Translations under genes and position numbers: made by a program | Shown: piece after piece, positions 1 to 8,253 of the stretch | Position numbering within the stretch: the first letter of the stretch is position 1 | Layout: every line of letters begins with the position of its first letter | NCBI GenBank assembly: GCA_964526545.1 | Contig: CAZGLN010000002.1 | Location: 1-37,188 of the forward strand | Length of the DNA: 37,188 bases | Origin: an uncultured Chthonomonadales bacterium | GTDB taxonomy: Bacteria; Armatimonadota; Chthonomonadetes; Chthonomonadales; CAJBBX01 | Reading direction: 5' to 3' | Notes under the pieces: model-generated | Seen by the model: the letters and a program-made list of their open reading frames with translations, nothing else | Told to the model about the DNA's origin: nothing | Database searches by the model: none

Positions 1-2
1 GG

Positions 3-374
3 GAGGCCTATCGTGATCCGGAGCAGGACCTGAACGGCCTGTGGTGGCGCACGGTGTACCAGACCCAGGGTATCCAGCCTCCGGATGGCCGCGACGCGCC
101 GGATTGGGCCGCGAAGCTCCACATCGCCCTGGCACCTGCTTACTACCAGAACTACCTGCTGGGCGAGATGGCCGCCTCCCAACTGGTATCCGCGCTGCGA
201 AGCGGGCCGCTCTCGGAAGAAGCGCCGGAAGCCCTGGTCTGCAGCGCCAAGGTGGGACGATGGCTCCGCGAGAATCTCTTTGAGCTCGGCCAGACCCTGC
301 CCTGGGAGCAAGCCCTCCGCCATGCCACCGGCAGTCTGTTAGATCCCCGCCATTTTGCGGAACAACTTGTGTAG
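3..374 (+). CDS. C-terminal fragment of a gluzincin metallopeptidase (ACE/M2-like or M3-like); the 5' end lies outside the window
   Basis: The frame is open from the window edge (codons from nt 3). The translation ...WWRTVYQTQGIQPPDGRDAPDWAAKLHIALAPAYYQNYLLGEMAASQL... follows the WW..YQG..PP..R...D.D..AK.HI....PY..Y pattern of the C-terminal lobe of ACE-like/M3 peptidases. Stop TAG at 372-374. Family assignment is from memory of the motif, not from a search. Confidence 0.6.
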   Translation, partial: EAYRDPEQDLNGLWWRTVYQTQGIQPPDGRDAPDWAAKLHIALAPAYYQNYLLGEMAASQLVSALRSGPLSEEAPEALVCSAKVGRWLRENLFELGQTLPWEQALRHATGSLLDPRHFAEQLV

Positions 375-444
375 CGAAGCGCGCCATGGGCCGCACGAGT
401 GAGCGGCCAGTAGAAGCGCGCATCGTCAGACAAGGTGCCGCGCA

Positions 445-1173
445 ATGAAGCTCATACACTATTCCGCGCACAGCCGCAGGGTGGCCACGACTCTGGCGAT
501 TGGAGTACCGCTGATGGCGGCCTCGGCCGCCGGCGCGGCAATTCTGCCTGGCAGCTTCTGGAAGGCTGTAACCTGCAGTGCGTTCGTGCTCATCGGCGCC
601 AAGACCCTGGCGGCCTCGGGGCTGCTGAACCGGCGACGCAGCCCCGCGGACGATCGCGCCATAGCGCGCGCGCTCTCCGGCCTGCCAGATAGGTTCACGG
701 CCATTACGAGCTTCGTCGGCGACGAGGGCGAGGACTCCCAGGGAGTCGTGGTGATTGGACCCAGCGGCATTTTTCCGCTGAGCTTCAGCTGCCACCGCGG
801 CACTCTTCGCTATCGCAACGGGAGGTGGCGCCGCGTACGCGATGCGGGCGGGGATGCACGCGTGCCGGAAGACCTCTTCGGCGAGACGCGGCGCTACGCC
901 AGGGAAGTGGCCAAATTCCTGCATCGCGGCCTCTGCGCGGATCCCTCCCTCTGCGGACTTGAGGTACCCGTGCTGCCGGCACTGGTCTTCGTGCATGCCG
1001 AGAAGGTGGAGATGGAGAAGGCGGAGCTGCCTGCCATGCGTCTGCGAGAGCTCAGCACGTGGGTGATGTCTCACGCGGAATGCCTGACTCCCGCGCAAAC
1101 AGCCGAGGTGCTCTGTATCTTCGGCGCCGGCCGGCAGCCCTCCCCCGCCGCCCAGCCGCGGCGCGCGGCTTAG
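445..1173 (+). CDS. NERD-domain-like membrane protein
   Basis: ATG at 445 with AAGGTG 7 nt upstream. Two N-terminal hydrophobic segments are followed by ...QGVVVIGPSGIFPLSFSCHRGTLRYRNGRW..., which resembles the NERD core (hvvIGp.GvfvIe.K..G). GC3-rich codon usage. Confidence 0.6.
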   Translation: MKLIHYSAHSRRVATTLAIGVPLMAASAAGAAILPGSFWKAVTCSAFVLIGAKTLAASGLLNRRRSPADDRAIARALSGLPDRFTAITSFVGDEGEDSQGVVVIGPSGIFPLSFSCHRGTLRYRNGRWRRVRDAGGDARVPEDLFGETRRYAREVAKFLHRGLCADPSLCGLEVPVLPALVFVHAEKVEMEKAELPAMRLRELSTWVMSHAECLTPAQTAEVLCIFGAGRQPSPAAQPRRAA

Positions 1174-1225
1174 AGCCGAGGCCGGATGTGCGAAGGGGCC
1201 GCCGGATGGGCGGCCCCTTCTCCGC

Positions 1226-1447
1226 TCAGGCCTGCAAGGCGTGCTCGCCGCCGGCACGGTCGAGCGCGCGATCGAGCATCCCCGACAGGTGATAGACCAC
1301 GGAGCCATCTGGACCGATGCGTCGCTCCGTGTGCAGATCCAGGTAGCGCAGCATGGGCCACGAGGCCAGTATTTCGATCGGCGCCGGCATGCCGGCGAAG
1401 AGCAGTTTCACCGGGATGTGCGGCTCTATTCTATACACTGCGTTCAC
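1226..1447 (-). CDS. Small hypothetical protein (73 aa)
   Basis: GTG start preceded by GGAGAGG. The codon pattern looks like genuine coding (GC-rich third positions, balanced composition). No family recognised. Confidence 0.45.
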   Translation of the reverse strand: MNAVYRIEPHIPVKLLFAGMPAPIEILASWPMLRYLDLHTERRIGPDGSVVYHLSGMLDRALDRAGGEHALQA

Positions 1448-1675
1448 CTGCCTCTCCGTTCTCCGTATACATCACAGTAGGACGTATCCACAGCCCATTG
1501 GTTACGCGGATTTGGTGTGATACGTGTCACTACGCGTCGAGCTCCGGGCAGCCCGTTAGCGCCCTTGGACGGGGCGAACACGCGGGCCGAACGCCCTCTC
1601 GGTAGGATTCCGTCGGCAGTCGGGCGAAAGTGCCGTGCAAGTGGGCACGGCCGTGCCACGGAAAGGTGGGTTCCG

Positions 1676-3277
1676 ATGCGCTCCTGTCCACATTGCCACC
1701 TCTTGCTGGAAACCACGCAGTGGGACGGTCCCGCTGCCTATGGCTGCCGGAGCTGCGGCGGAGTGTGGACCGTGCAGTCCGATGCCGCCCTGCTCATGCG
1801 CGACCACCGGCTGCTGCTTCAGCTCCTGGAACTCTACCCAGGAGTGGCGGACCTGGCGGCCTTTGACGGTCTCCCGGCTAACTGCCCGGATTGCCGCACG
1901 GTGCGGCTGGAGGAGGCCGAGCCCGCTCAGCCGGCGGTCTGTCCCAGGTGCGGCGGCGTATGGTTGGAGGCGCGGGACCGGCGCGCGCTTGCTGGTGCGG
2001 GGCCCGCCAGGCAGGAACCGGCTGCCGAGAAGAAGCCGTTCGATTCCGCGCAGGCGCCCACGCCCCAACGCCAGGAGGTACCGCAGGCGTCTGTGGCGGC
2101 GGAACCTACGGACCCGCTTGAGCGGCTTCTCGCGGGGAACCTGCGGTTTGCGGAGGGCCGGCCCAGACGGCCAAACCAGTCGCTCGAGAGGCGGGCGGAG
2201 GTCGCCCAGACACAGGCGCCCTTCGCGGTCGTGATCACGTGCTCCGATTCGCGCGTGGTTCCAGAACTTATCTTCGATGTAGGCCTGGGCGATCTCTTCG
2301 TCATCCGAAGCGCCGGAAACACCCTCTCGGGACAGGCCGAAGCCTGCGTGGGCTACGCCGTGGAACGCTTCGGCCCCTCGTTGGTGCTGGTGCTTGGCCA
2401 CTCCCGATGCAGCGCAGTGAGGGCCGCGGTGGAGGGCGCCGTGGACCACTCCTACCTGCGCACCCTCGTGGCGGCCATACGGCCGGCAGTGGATATGGCC
2501 ATGCGGCACCCCGGCAACCTGCTGGACAATGCCGTGCGGTGCAACACGTTCCGCACCGCCAGGCGTCTGCGCGCCTACTGTGACACGCTGGACCTCCAGC
2601 GCCTTACCGAGGAGTTGCGCGTGGTCCCGGCGTTCTATGACCTGGATAGCGGGCGGGTGACCATCGTGGAGGAGATGGACGAGGGGGAAACCGCCGTTCC
2701 GCTTACGGTTGATGCCGACATTCGCTCGCGAGAGCCTCTGGACGATGTGGATACCGACGAGGATCTCGAGACGGACGAGAACGCGGAACCCTCCGGCCGC
2801 GCGCCCATCGAGCATACGGTCGAGATGCCGTCACACAGTGTTCCCATCGTCACGACCTCCTCCCAGTCGGTAACCGTTACCATAGGATCGCCGACCTCCG
2901 GCCGGCGAACGGAAACGACCGGAGCGCAGGCGCGCCAGGTCTGGTGTCCACGGTGCCGGGCCGGCTACTCGGTGGACTCACGACGCTGCACGCGGTGCGG
3001 CGTGACTCTGGTGGATGGCAGCCAGCTTGTGCCATGCCTTGCCTGCCGCGCCGAGAACAAGATAGAGTGGTCGGCGTGCTGGAGCTGCCAGGCCGAGCTG
3101 CATCCCGCATGGCTGCAATCCGGTACCCTGGCGGCGCTTATGAGCGGCGCCCTGCGTCAGGGGAAGGTCCGCGTGCGCCGGGCCGGCACCACCGATTCCA
3201 CGGGCTGCAGCTCGGTCATCGTTTTCGCGGCGGTTGCCGTACTGCTCCTCGCGCTCGGCAGCCTGCTCTCAATCTGA
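1676..3277 (+). CDS. Beta-class carbonic anhydrase fused to two N-terminal CxxC..CxxCGGVW zinc ribbons, a C-terminal double zinc ribbon and a C-terminal TM anchor
   Basis: Preferred start is the ATG at 1676, with GAAAGGTGG 6-8 nt upstream; the ORF-track start at 1517 adds an Arg-rich leader with no SD. CA core: LLAGNLRFAEG...FAVVITCSDSRVVPE...FVIRSAGN...LGHSRCSAV (CSDSR and HxxC zinc ligands). N-terminal ribbons: CPHCH...CRSCGGVW and CPDCR...CPRCGGVW. C-terminal ribbon: CPRCRAGY..CTRCG...CLACRAEN..CWSCQ. Tail: VIVFAAVAVLLLALGSLLSI. Confidence 0.8.
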   Translation: MRSCPHCHLLLETTQWDGPAAYGCRSCGGVWTVQSDAALLMRDHRLLLQLLELYPGVADLAAFDGLPANCPDCRTVRLEEAEPAQPAVCPRCGGVWLEARDRRALAGAGPARQEPAAEKKPFDSAQAPTPQRQEVPQASVAAEPTDPLERLLAGNLRFAEGRPRRPNQSLERRAEVAQTQAPFAVVITCSDSRVVPELIFDVGLGDLFVIRSAGNTLSGQAEACVGYAVERFGPSLVLVLGHSRCSAVRAAVEGAVDHSYLRTLVAAIRPAVDMAMRHPGNLLDNAVRCNTFRTARRLRAYCDTLDLQRLTEELRVVPAFYDLDSGRVTIVEEMDEGETAVPLTVDADIRSREPLDDVDTDEDLETDENAEPSGRAPIEHTVEMPSHSVPIVTTSSQSVTVTIGSPTSGRRTETTGAQARQVWCPRCRAGYSVDSRRCTRCGVTLVDGSQLVPCLACRAENKIEWSACWSCQAELHPAWLQSGTLAALMSGALRQGKVRVRRAGTTDSTGCSSVIVFAAVAVLLLALGSLLSI

Positions 3278-3295
3278 CTACGCGGGAGAGAACCC

Positions 3296-3940
3296 ATGGT
3301 ATTCGAGGGCTTTGACGCACTGGATTTCGCGGTCTTCGAACTGCCTACATTCGAGGCCCGCATGCCCGCCCTGCGCGAGCGCTTGACCCCCAAAATGCGC
3401 GGCCTGGGAGAGGACCTGCTACCCGCGCTCCGCAAGATGCTCGGCGAGGAGCTGCATGCGCATACGGCCCAGCACCTGCGCCGCCGCACTAATCCTCCGG
3501 AGGCCACGTGGGTAGCCTTCTCTCCGTCGCGCAAGGCTTATAAGCCCTTCACGCACTATCGCGTGAGCATCAGCGCGTCTGGGCTTCGCTGCGTAGTCTT
3601 CGAGGAGGACTACGCCGACGAGAAACTGCAGCTTGCAGCCGGCTTGCGAGAGAATGCCGAGGAGCTAGCCGGCCTCTTCCGGCAGCACACCACGTTGACT
3701 GCCTTCGACCTCGGCTGCGGAAAGCAGGCCCGTGGTCCCGACGTAACGGCTCAGGAACTGCTCGATCTGGCGGCCAGGCTGGAGAGTGTCGCGGGCCAGC
3801 ATGCCGCCTTCGGCTTCGAGCATCCACCCGCGCGCGTGATTGGCCGCGAGCCAGAGCAGGTGGTCAAGCGCCTGCTCGAGGATGCCCGGCGACTGATTCC
3901 CTTCTATCGCGTTGGGCGGGAACCCGGCCTGCGGCTGTGA
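3296..3940 (+). CDS. DUF1054 / UPF0637 (YktB-like) family protein
   Basis: GGGAGAG SD before the ATG. MVFEGFDALDFAVFELPTFEARMPALRERLTPKMRGLGEDL...HTAQHLRRRTNPPEATWVAFSPSRKAYK matches the YktB pattern F.GF...DF..F.i.gl..RM..i.e.i.PK...lG..L....H.A.H.RR..NPP.dTW.A. Confidence 0.75.
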   Translation: MVFEGFDALDFAVFELPTFEARMPALRERLTPKMRGLGEDLLPALRKMLGEELHAHTAQHLRRRTNPPEATWVAFSPSRKAYKPFTHYRVSISASGLRCVVFEEDYADEKLQLAAGLRENAEELAGLFRQHTTLTAFDLGCGKQARGPDVTAQELLDLAARLESVAGQHAAFGFEHPPARVIGREPEQVVKRLLEDARRLIPFYRVGREPGLRL

Positions 3941-4029
3941 CGGTGGGTGGCCTGAGGAGCGCTTCAGGGCGCACCGGTTGAGAGAAGCTGACTGCGGGCA
4001 TGCGGAGAACGCACGCCGCCGCGCAATCC

Positions 4030-4533
4030 TCAGGCCGAGAAGAGGTCCTCCTCCTTGCCGTCCATCCACGTCAGGCGGGCGTCAAGGAACGTATCCGTAA
4101 GCACAACGCGGAGCGCCTTGGCACCGGTAACCTCCGTGCCGGTACCGTCCGGCCTAAGGCCCAGGGTGATCCAGAGGCCGTCCAGAGAGTCCGGGTTCGG
4201 ACAGCTGATACAGATTCTGCGCCCCGCGGCCAGGAACTCGATGGTGCAGGGGAAGAGGCTCTGCGCCTGCTGGGCGCTCTCGCCCGTCACGTTGCGCACG
4301 TAGCGGGTCAGTGTTGCCGATATTAAGGGGCCCATTCCGTTGTGGTCCACGTCAATCTGAATGGCCAGGCTCTCTATCTCCTCCTGCGGCACGAACCTAT
4401 CGTTAAGGAAGAGGTAGTAGATGAACGGGCTCACTTCGGTAACGATTACGGAAACCAAACCTCCCCCCGCAATCCGAGCCACCTGGCTTGCCGGCGGGCG
4501 CTGATTGGTTTGGCCGCCTCTCCTATCAAACAC
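4030..4533 (-). CDS. Hypothetical protein (167 aa), last gene of the minus-strand locus
   Basis: GTG start with GGGAGGAC 5-6 nt upstream. Coding-like codon usage. No signal peptide and no recognised family. Confidence 0.6.
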   Translation of the reverse strand: MFDRRGGQTNQRPPASQVARIAGGGLVSVIVTEVSPFIYYLFLNDRFVPQEEIESLAIQIDVDHNGMGPLISATLTRYVRNVTGESAQQAQSLFPCTIEFLAAGRRICISCPNPDSLDGLWITLGLRPDGTGTEVTGAKALRVVLTDTFLDARLTWMDGKEEDLFSA

Positions 4534-4593
4534 TAAGGTCCTCCCATCGCCCGTTGGAAAGCCGCAACGCGGCCCCAGGCCTCCTGCCGGCTG

Positions 4594-5466
4594 CTAGTTG
4601 TATGTGGTGTAACGCAGGCCCTTGCGACGTGTAAGAAATGCCATGACGGCCCAGAAGAGCAAGGCAAAGACCGCGATTGCGATAAAAAGCCGCATCCAAC
4701 TGAAACTGCCAGGGTACATCGCCCCGCCATAGTAGACTGGCGGCGACCAGTAGAACGCGGGATGAAACGGCGTCCAGAAGTACCAGGCCGGCGCTCCCCA
4801 GCTGTAGCTGTAACGGCTCCATCCGCCGTAATCATTCGCTGGCACGCTGCGGCCCTCGTAACGATAGGTGCTGGTGGATGTCGGACGCCTGCCGTACCAC
4901 TCCGGCCGTGTGGAACTGGTGGTGCCGATACCGCTGGTCCCGAACGCTCCGGATCGTCCGAACGTGCTCGGCTCTCGGTAGCCCGTGCTGCCGCCGAACG
5001 AGCTGCGCGTGGAGGGCCGAGAGCTGGAGTAGCCGCTGCCTGAGCCGCCGAATGAACTGCCGCCGCCGATGGAGGAGCGCGGCGTGCTCCGGGAGCCGCC
5101 GAACAGGCTGTCGCCGCTCGAGCGTGAGCCGCTTCCGAACGAGCTCCCACCGCCGAAAGAGCGCGAGCCGCCGCCGAACGTACTTCCACCGCCGAAAGAG
5201 CGCGAGCCGCCGCCGAACGAGCTCCCACCGCCGAAAGAGCGCGAGCCACTGCCAAACGAACTTCCGCCGCCAAACGAGCGCGAACCGCCCCCAAAGGAGC
5301 CGCCCCCGCCGCCTCCGAACGATCCTCCGCCGCTACGCTGGCCCAGAGCTACCCCGCAGTGAGCGAGCATGAGCACCACCACCACGAAGGCACATGCCTT
5401 GCGCGCCACTCGGGCAAGGGTTCGGATATCGTGAAGCCTGAAAGTCTCCTGCCTCCCGCCGCTCAT
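4594..5466 (-). CDS. Gly/Ser-rich tandem-repeat protein with an N-terminal signal-like segment and a C-terminal TM helix
   Basis: GGAG SD 7 nt before the ATG. N-terminus: KACAFVVVVLMLAHCGVALGQ. About five copies of the 13-aa unit SRSFGGGS(S/T)FG(G/S)G. An aromatic-rich WY segment precedes LFIAIAVFALLFWAVMAFLTRRKG. Confidence 0.65.
   Translation of the reverse strand: MSGGRQETFRLHDIRTLARVARKACAFVVVVLMLAHCGVALGQRSGGGSFGGGGGGSFGGGSRSFGGGSSFGSGSRSFGGGSSFGGGSRSFGGGSTFGGGSRSFGGGSSFGSGSRSSGDSLFGGSRSTPRSSIGGGSSFGGSGSGYSSSRPSTRSSFGGSTGYREPSTFGRSGAFGTSGIGTTSSTRPEWYGRRPTSTSTYRYEGRSVPANDYGGWSRYSYSWGAPAWYFWTPFHPAFYWSPPVYYGGAMYPGSFSWMRLFIAIAVFALLFWAVMAFLTRRKGLRYTTYN
5115..5305 (-). repeat. In-frame tandem 39-nt repeats (about five copies) encoding the SRSFGGGSSFGGG units
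   Basis: The plus strand shows near-identical units ccaccgccgaaagagcgcgagccgccgccgaacg(ta/ag)ct(t/c)c repeated head to tail. The outer copies are more diverged. Confidence 0.8.
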
Positions 5467-5490
5467 CCGCGTTCTCCGTCGTCTTCCTGC

Positions 5491-5943
5491 CTAGCCGCCA
5501 AGGATATTATACGTGGCCACTTCGTCAGGGCCGAACCAGTGCGGCCGATAGATGGTTATGTAGGCTCGCACCACGTTATCCACCGCGTTGATATCCACAT
5601 AGAGCTCCACGACAGAGTTAGTCACTTCCTTGCCGTTGTGCCACACGCGGGTGGCCTCGAAGGCAAACGAGGGGTGCCTGTTCTCCACCGCCACCTGATG
5701 GCGCGGGAAGATCATCTCCAGGCGGCCGGGAAGTATCCCAGCCTCTTTTTCGGGGTTGCTCTGAAGCCGGACGATGGCGGTGAGCTCACCTCCCCTTGCA
5801 ATGCCGCCGCGGACCGGTGTGCCGCCCTCATCACGCCCGGCATACAGCTGCACGAAGAGCTGGGCGGCGTGCACCTCCGACCCGTTGTTGTGGAGAAAGG
5901 TGGAGTCCCACTCGCCTCCCGTCTTGAACACCATCTCGTTCAT
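5491..5943 (-). CDS. Hypothetical cytoplasmic-looking protein (150 aa)
   Basis: AGGAG about 10 nt upstream of the ATG. Good coding-like codon usage. No signal peptide or TM segment, and no family recognised. Confidence 0.65.
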   Translation of the reverse strand: MNEMVFKTGGEWDSTFLHNNGSEVHAAQLFVQLYAGRDEGGTPVRGGIARGGELTAIVRLQSNPEKEAGILPGRLEMIFPRHQVAVENRHPSFAFEATRVWHNGKEVTNSVVELYVDINAVDNVVRAYITIYRPHWFGPDEVATYNILGG

Positions 5944-6094
5944 GGTGCGGCCGCTCCTGTCATGCTTGTGATGCTCTCGAAGGCCGTGAAGCCAGGGCGG
6001 CCCGCCGCCCGGGCCCGGCGAAGCGCACGCCCGCGAGACTACTCACCTTGGGCTGCCCGGGTTTCACTGCTGCCCTTGCTGCCATGCCAACCGG

Positions 6095-8107
6095 CTAGAA
6101 GCGGCTGGCCTGGATATCGAAGTAGAAGCGGTGGCTGAACGTGGAGTAGTAGAGCGAGAGATCCCTGCCGCCCACCGTGCGCCCGAGGGTGAACTCGAAA
6201 TCACGGTAGGTGGCGGTGCCGAATTGCTGCAGATTCGCCCCCAGCGAGAAGCGCCACCGCGGCAGGAAGGTGTAGCTGAACTCTCCGAAGAGCCCGAGGT
6301 TGTTGGTGTCCAGCATCGCGTTGCCGTTGAGGAAGAGGGTCCACTTGTTTGGCGCGCCCGCCGTAAGCCCCACGCTGAGCCGATGCCTCCCGCCGAAGGC
6401 AAGGAACGTGGGCCGCTGCGTGAAGCTGTAGATGGCCTGCAGGCTGGAGCCCGGGCCGAGTGAGCGGCTGGCCATCAGCGAGGTATCGAGGAATACGCCG
6501 CTGCGCCCCTGAGTGGTCCAGGTGTGGCCGAACGAGATGTTGTTGGAGAGCGTGGTATCCCGATCCAGCCGAAACGGCTGGCTGAACATCCGCGCATGCA
6601 CTCCCTGACTGGAACCATTGAAGGCATAGTCGCCTATCTTCGAACGCGACATGCCCGCGGTAGCGCCGAAGGCCAGGCTGTAGCCCGTGCGTCCCAAGTT
6701 GCGAGGCGTGGTCTCCACGTAGGCATCCGCCTGCGTACCGCTGGACTGGAAGCCGGAAATCGAGCGATTGGCGGAGAGGTTCAGGCCGAGGTTGAGCGTG
6801 CCCATGCGCTTGGTGAGCGTGGTGGACCCAAAGACGCTGCGGTGCTGCGGCATGTCGAGGTAGATACTGCTGCGCAGATCGCCCGCGAACTCCTGGCTGT
6901 GCATCCAGTTGAGACCCCAATCGGACCGGTTGATGCCGGTCAGGCTGAGCTGCCCCGTGTAGCGCCGATTCATGCCGGAGGAGTTGTAGGTCTGCACGAG
7001 GTCCAGCATCAGGCCCGGCCGCGTGGAATAGACCGAATGGCCCATACGCTCGCCGTAACGCGTGCGCAGCACGCCGGTTGAGACGGCGGACATATCGTAG
7101 TAGAACGGGATATCTACGCCCAGCCCGGTAGTGCCCACGGTCACCAACTGGTCGGTGAAGAGCTGGTTGGAGTAGAGGCTCAGCGAGTAGAAGGGCATGT
7201 TGAATATCTGCACGCCCTCCTGGTAGAAGCGCGGACGCTTGAACTGCAGCTTGTCGCCGGGAAAGTAGAGAACTTGCCTCGCCGTTACAATCAGTTTCGC
7301 GGCGGAGAGGTCCTGCATCTCCAGGTACATGGGCGCCAGCCCTCCCTCCAGGGGCGATGTGCCAAGATCCGGCGCCACGGCAACGGGACGCAGACGGCCC
7401 TCCACTTCGGTGATGGCATACCCCTGCCCGGTAAAGAGGTCCAGATAGAGCCTGCCGCAGACCAGGCGCCTGCCGCCCCGCCGCAGGACCACCTCGCCAG
7501 ACGCCTTTACCGCGTTGCGCGAGCAGCTCACCTCCAGCAAGTCCGCGCTGATCTCGATGTTCCGAAAGCTGAGATAGGCCCCGGGCAGGTCGGGCGATCC
7601 CTCCTCGCGGGTGCGGCCCGTCGCACGGATGATGCGCTCTTCCGGCGCATAGACCAGCGAGGCGTTCCCTTGCACCACCACGTAGGTATTGCCCTGGTAG
7701 GTCTCGGCGGGATCATCGGTCAGCATGAGCACGCACGTCTGGAAGCCGCCGCCCGCCACCGTGGCCGTGATGGTGGTGGAACCCTTCTCCTGGCCGCTCA
7801 GCCTCACGCGCGCAGTGCCCGCACGGGTAGCGGCCGAGGCGCTCTTGCCGGACTGGGCGAAGGTGCCGAGCGTCGTGGTGAAGTTCACCATGGTGCCGTC
7901 GCGCGCGTAGGCTCCGGAGCTTTCGCGCACCTCGGCGATGATCTCGGCCGTGTCGCGCCCGTCATTCAGAATAGCCAGGCGGCTGGTGCGCAGGGTGATG
8001 GTAGGCACGCCTGCGGCCGCCGCGAGAGGAGCAACAAGGAGAGCCGAGACGGCCGCCGCCACGGGAAACGCCCTGAAGAGGTGCCGCATGCATCTACGCA
8101 TGTTCAT
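6095..8107 (-). CDS. LptD/OstA-like outer-membrane beta-barrel protein with an N-terminal bacterial Ig-like (Big_1-type) domain
   Basis: Signal peptide MRHLFRAFPVAAAVSALLVAPLAAAAG. Ig-like segment: ITLRTSRLAILNDGRDTAEIIAEVRESSG...TITATVAGG. OstA-like segment: YVVVQGNASLVYAPEERIIRATG...VKASGEVVLRRGGRRLVCGRLYLDL. A long run of alternating-pattern beta strands ends ...FYFDIQASRF (terminal aromatic). The start is ambiguous (ATG at 8107, 8101 or 8089). The ORF-track start at 8245 adds 46 implausible residues. Confidence 0.65.
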   Translation of the reverse strand: MNMRRCMRHLFRAFPVAAAVSALLVAPLAAAAGVPTITLRTSRLAILNDGRDTAEIIAEVRESSGAYARDGTMVNFTTTLGTFAQSGKSASAATRAGTARVRLSGQEKGSTTITATVAGGGFQTCVLMLTDDPAETYQGNTYVVVQGNASLVYAPEERIIRATGRTREEGSPDLPGAYLSFRNIEISADLLEVSCSRNAVKASGEVVLRRGGRRLVCGRLYLDLFTGQGYAITEVEGRLRPVAVAPDLGTSPLEGGLAPMYLEMQDLSAAKLIVTARQVLYFPGDKLQFKRPRFYQEGVQIFNMPFYSLSLYSNQLFTDQLVTVGTTGLGVDIPFYYDMSAVSTGVLRTRYGERMGHSVYSTRPGLMLDLVQTYNSSGMNRRYTGQLSLTGINRSDWGLNWMHSQEFAGDLRSSIYLDMPQHRSVFGSTTLTKRMGTLNLGLNLSANRSISGFQSSGTQADAYVETTPRNLGRTGYSLAFGATAGMSRSKIGDYAFNGSSQGVHARMFSQPFRLDRDTTLSNNISFGHTWTTQGRSGVFLDTSLMASRSLGPGSSLQAIYSFTQRPTFLAFGGRHRLSVGLTAGAPNKWTLFLNGNAMLDTNNLGLFGEFSYTFLPRWRFSLGANLQQFGTATYRDFEFTLGRTVGGRDLSLYYSTFSHRFYFDIQASRF

Positions 8108-8114
8108 GACCAGC

Positions 8115-8137
8115 GGGGACGGCCGAAGGCCGCCCCC
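8115..8137 (-). terminator. GC-rich hairpin (9 bp including one G-U on the minus-strand RNA, CUUCG loop) directly upstream of the OM-barrel start
   Basis: Minus-strand RNA: GGGGGCGGC-CUUCG-GCCGUCCCC, ending 7 nt before the ATG at 8107. No U-tract. The role (terminator, attenuator or processing site) is unresolved. Confidence 0.3.
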
Positions 8138-8253
8138 GTTGCAACATCCGACCGCATGGGTACCACGAATGTCCGCCGGGACTGTGTGATGGAAGCCCCT
8201 CATCGAGACCAGCCTTGCGGCACAGACGGCGGACCGCCGTGCCATCCCGCTGC

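Noticed and set aside
5115-5305. Possible CRISPR array or other non-coding repeat
   Set aside because: The repeats are contiguous with no spacers, are 39 nt long, in frame, and lie inside a well-supported CDS. No cas genes are nearby.
5069-5362. 97-aa Pro-rich repeat ORF (PPPKEREPPPNELPP...) on the plus strand
   Set aside because: It is the mirror reading of the 39-nt repeats. The minus-strand reading has an SD, a signal-like N-terminus and a C-terminal TM helix, and it fits the operon direction.
8108-8245. 46-codon N-terminal extension of the OM-barrel ORF starting at 8245
   Set aside because: The extension (MARRSAVCAARLVSMRGFHHTVPADIRGTHAVGCCNGGG...) is not signal-like, precedes a canonical signal peptide and contains the 8115-8137 hairpin. 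It remains possible, because no SD is seen before 8107 either.
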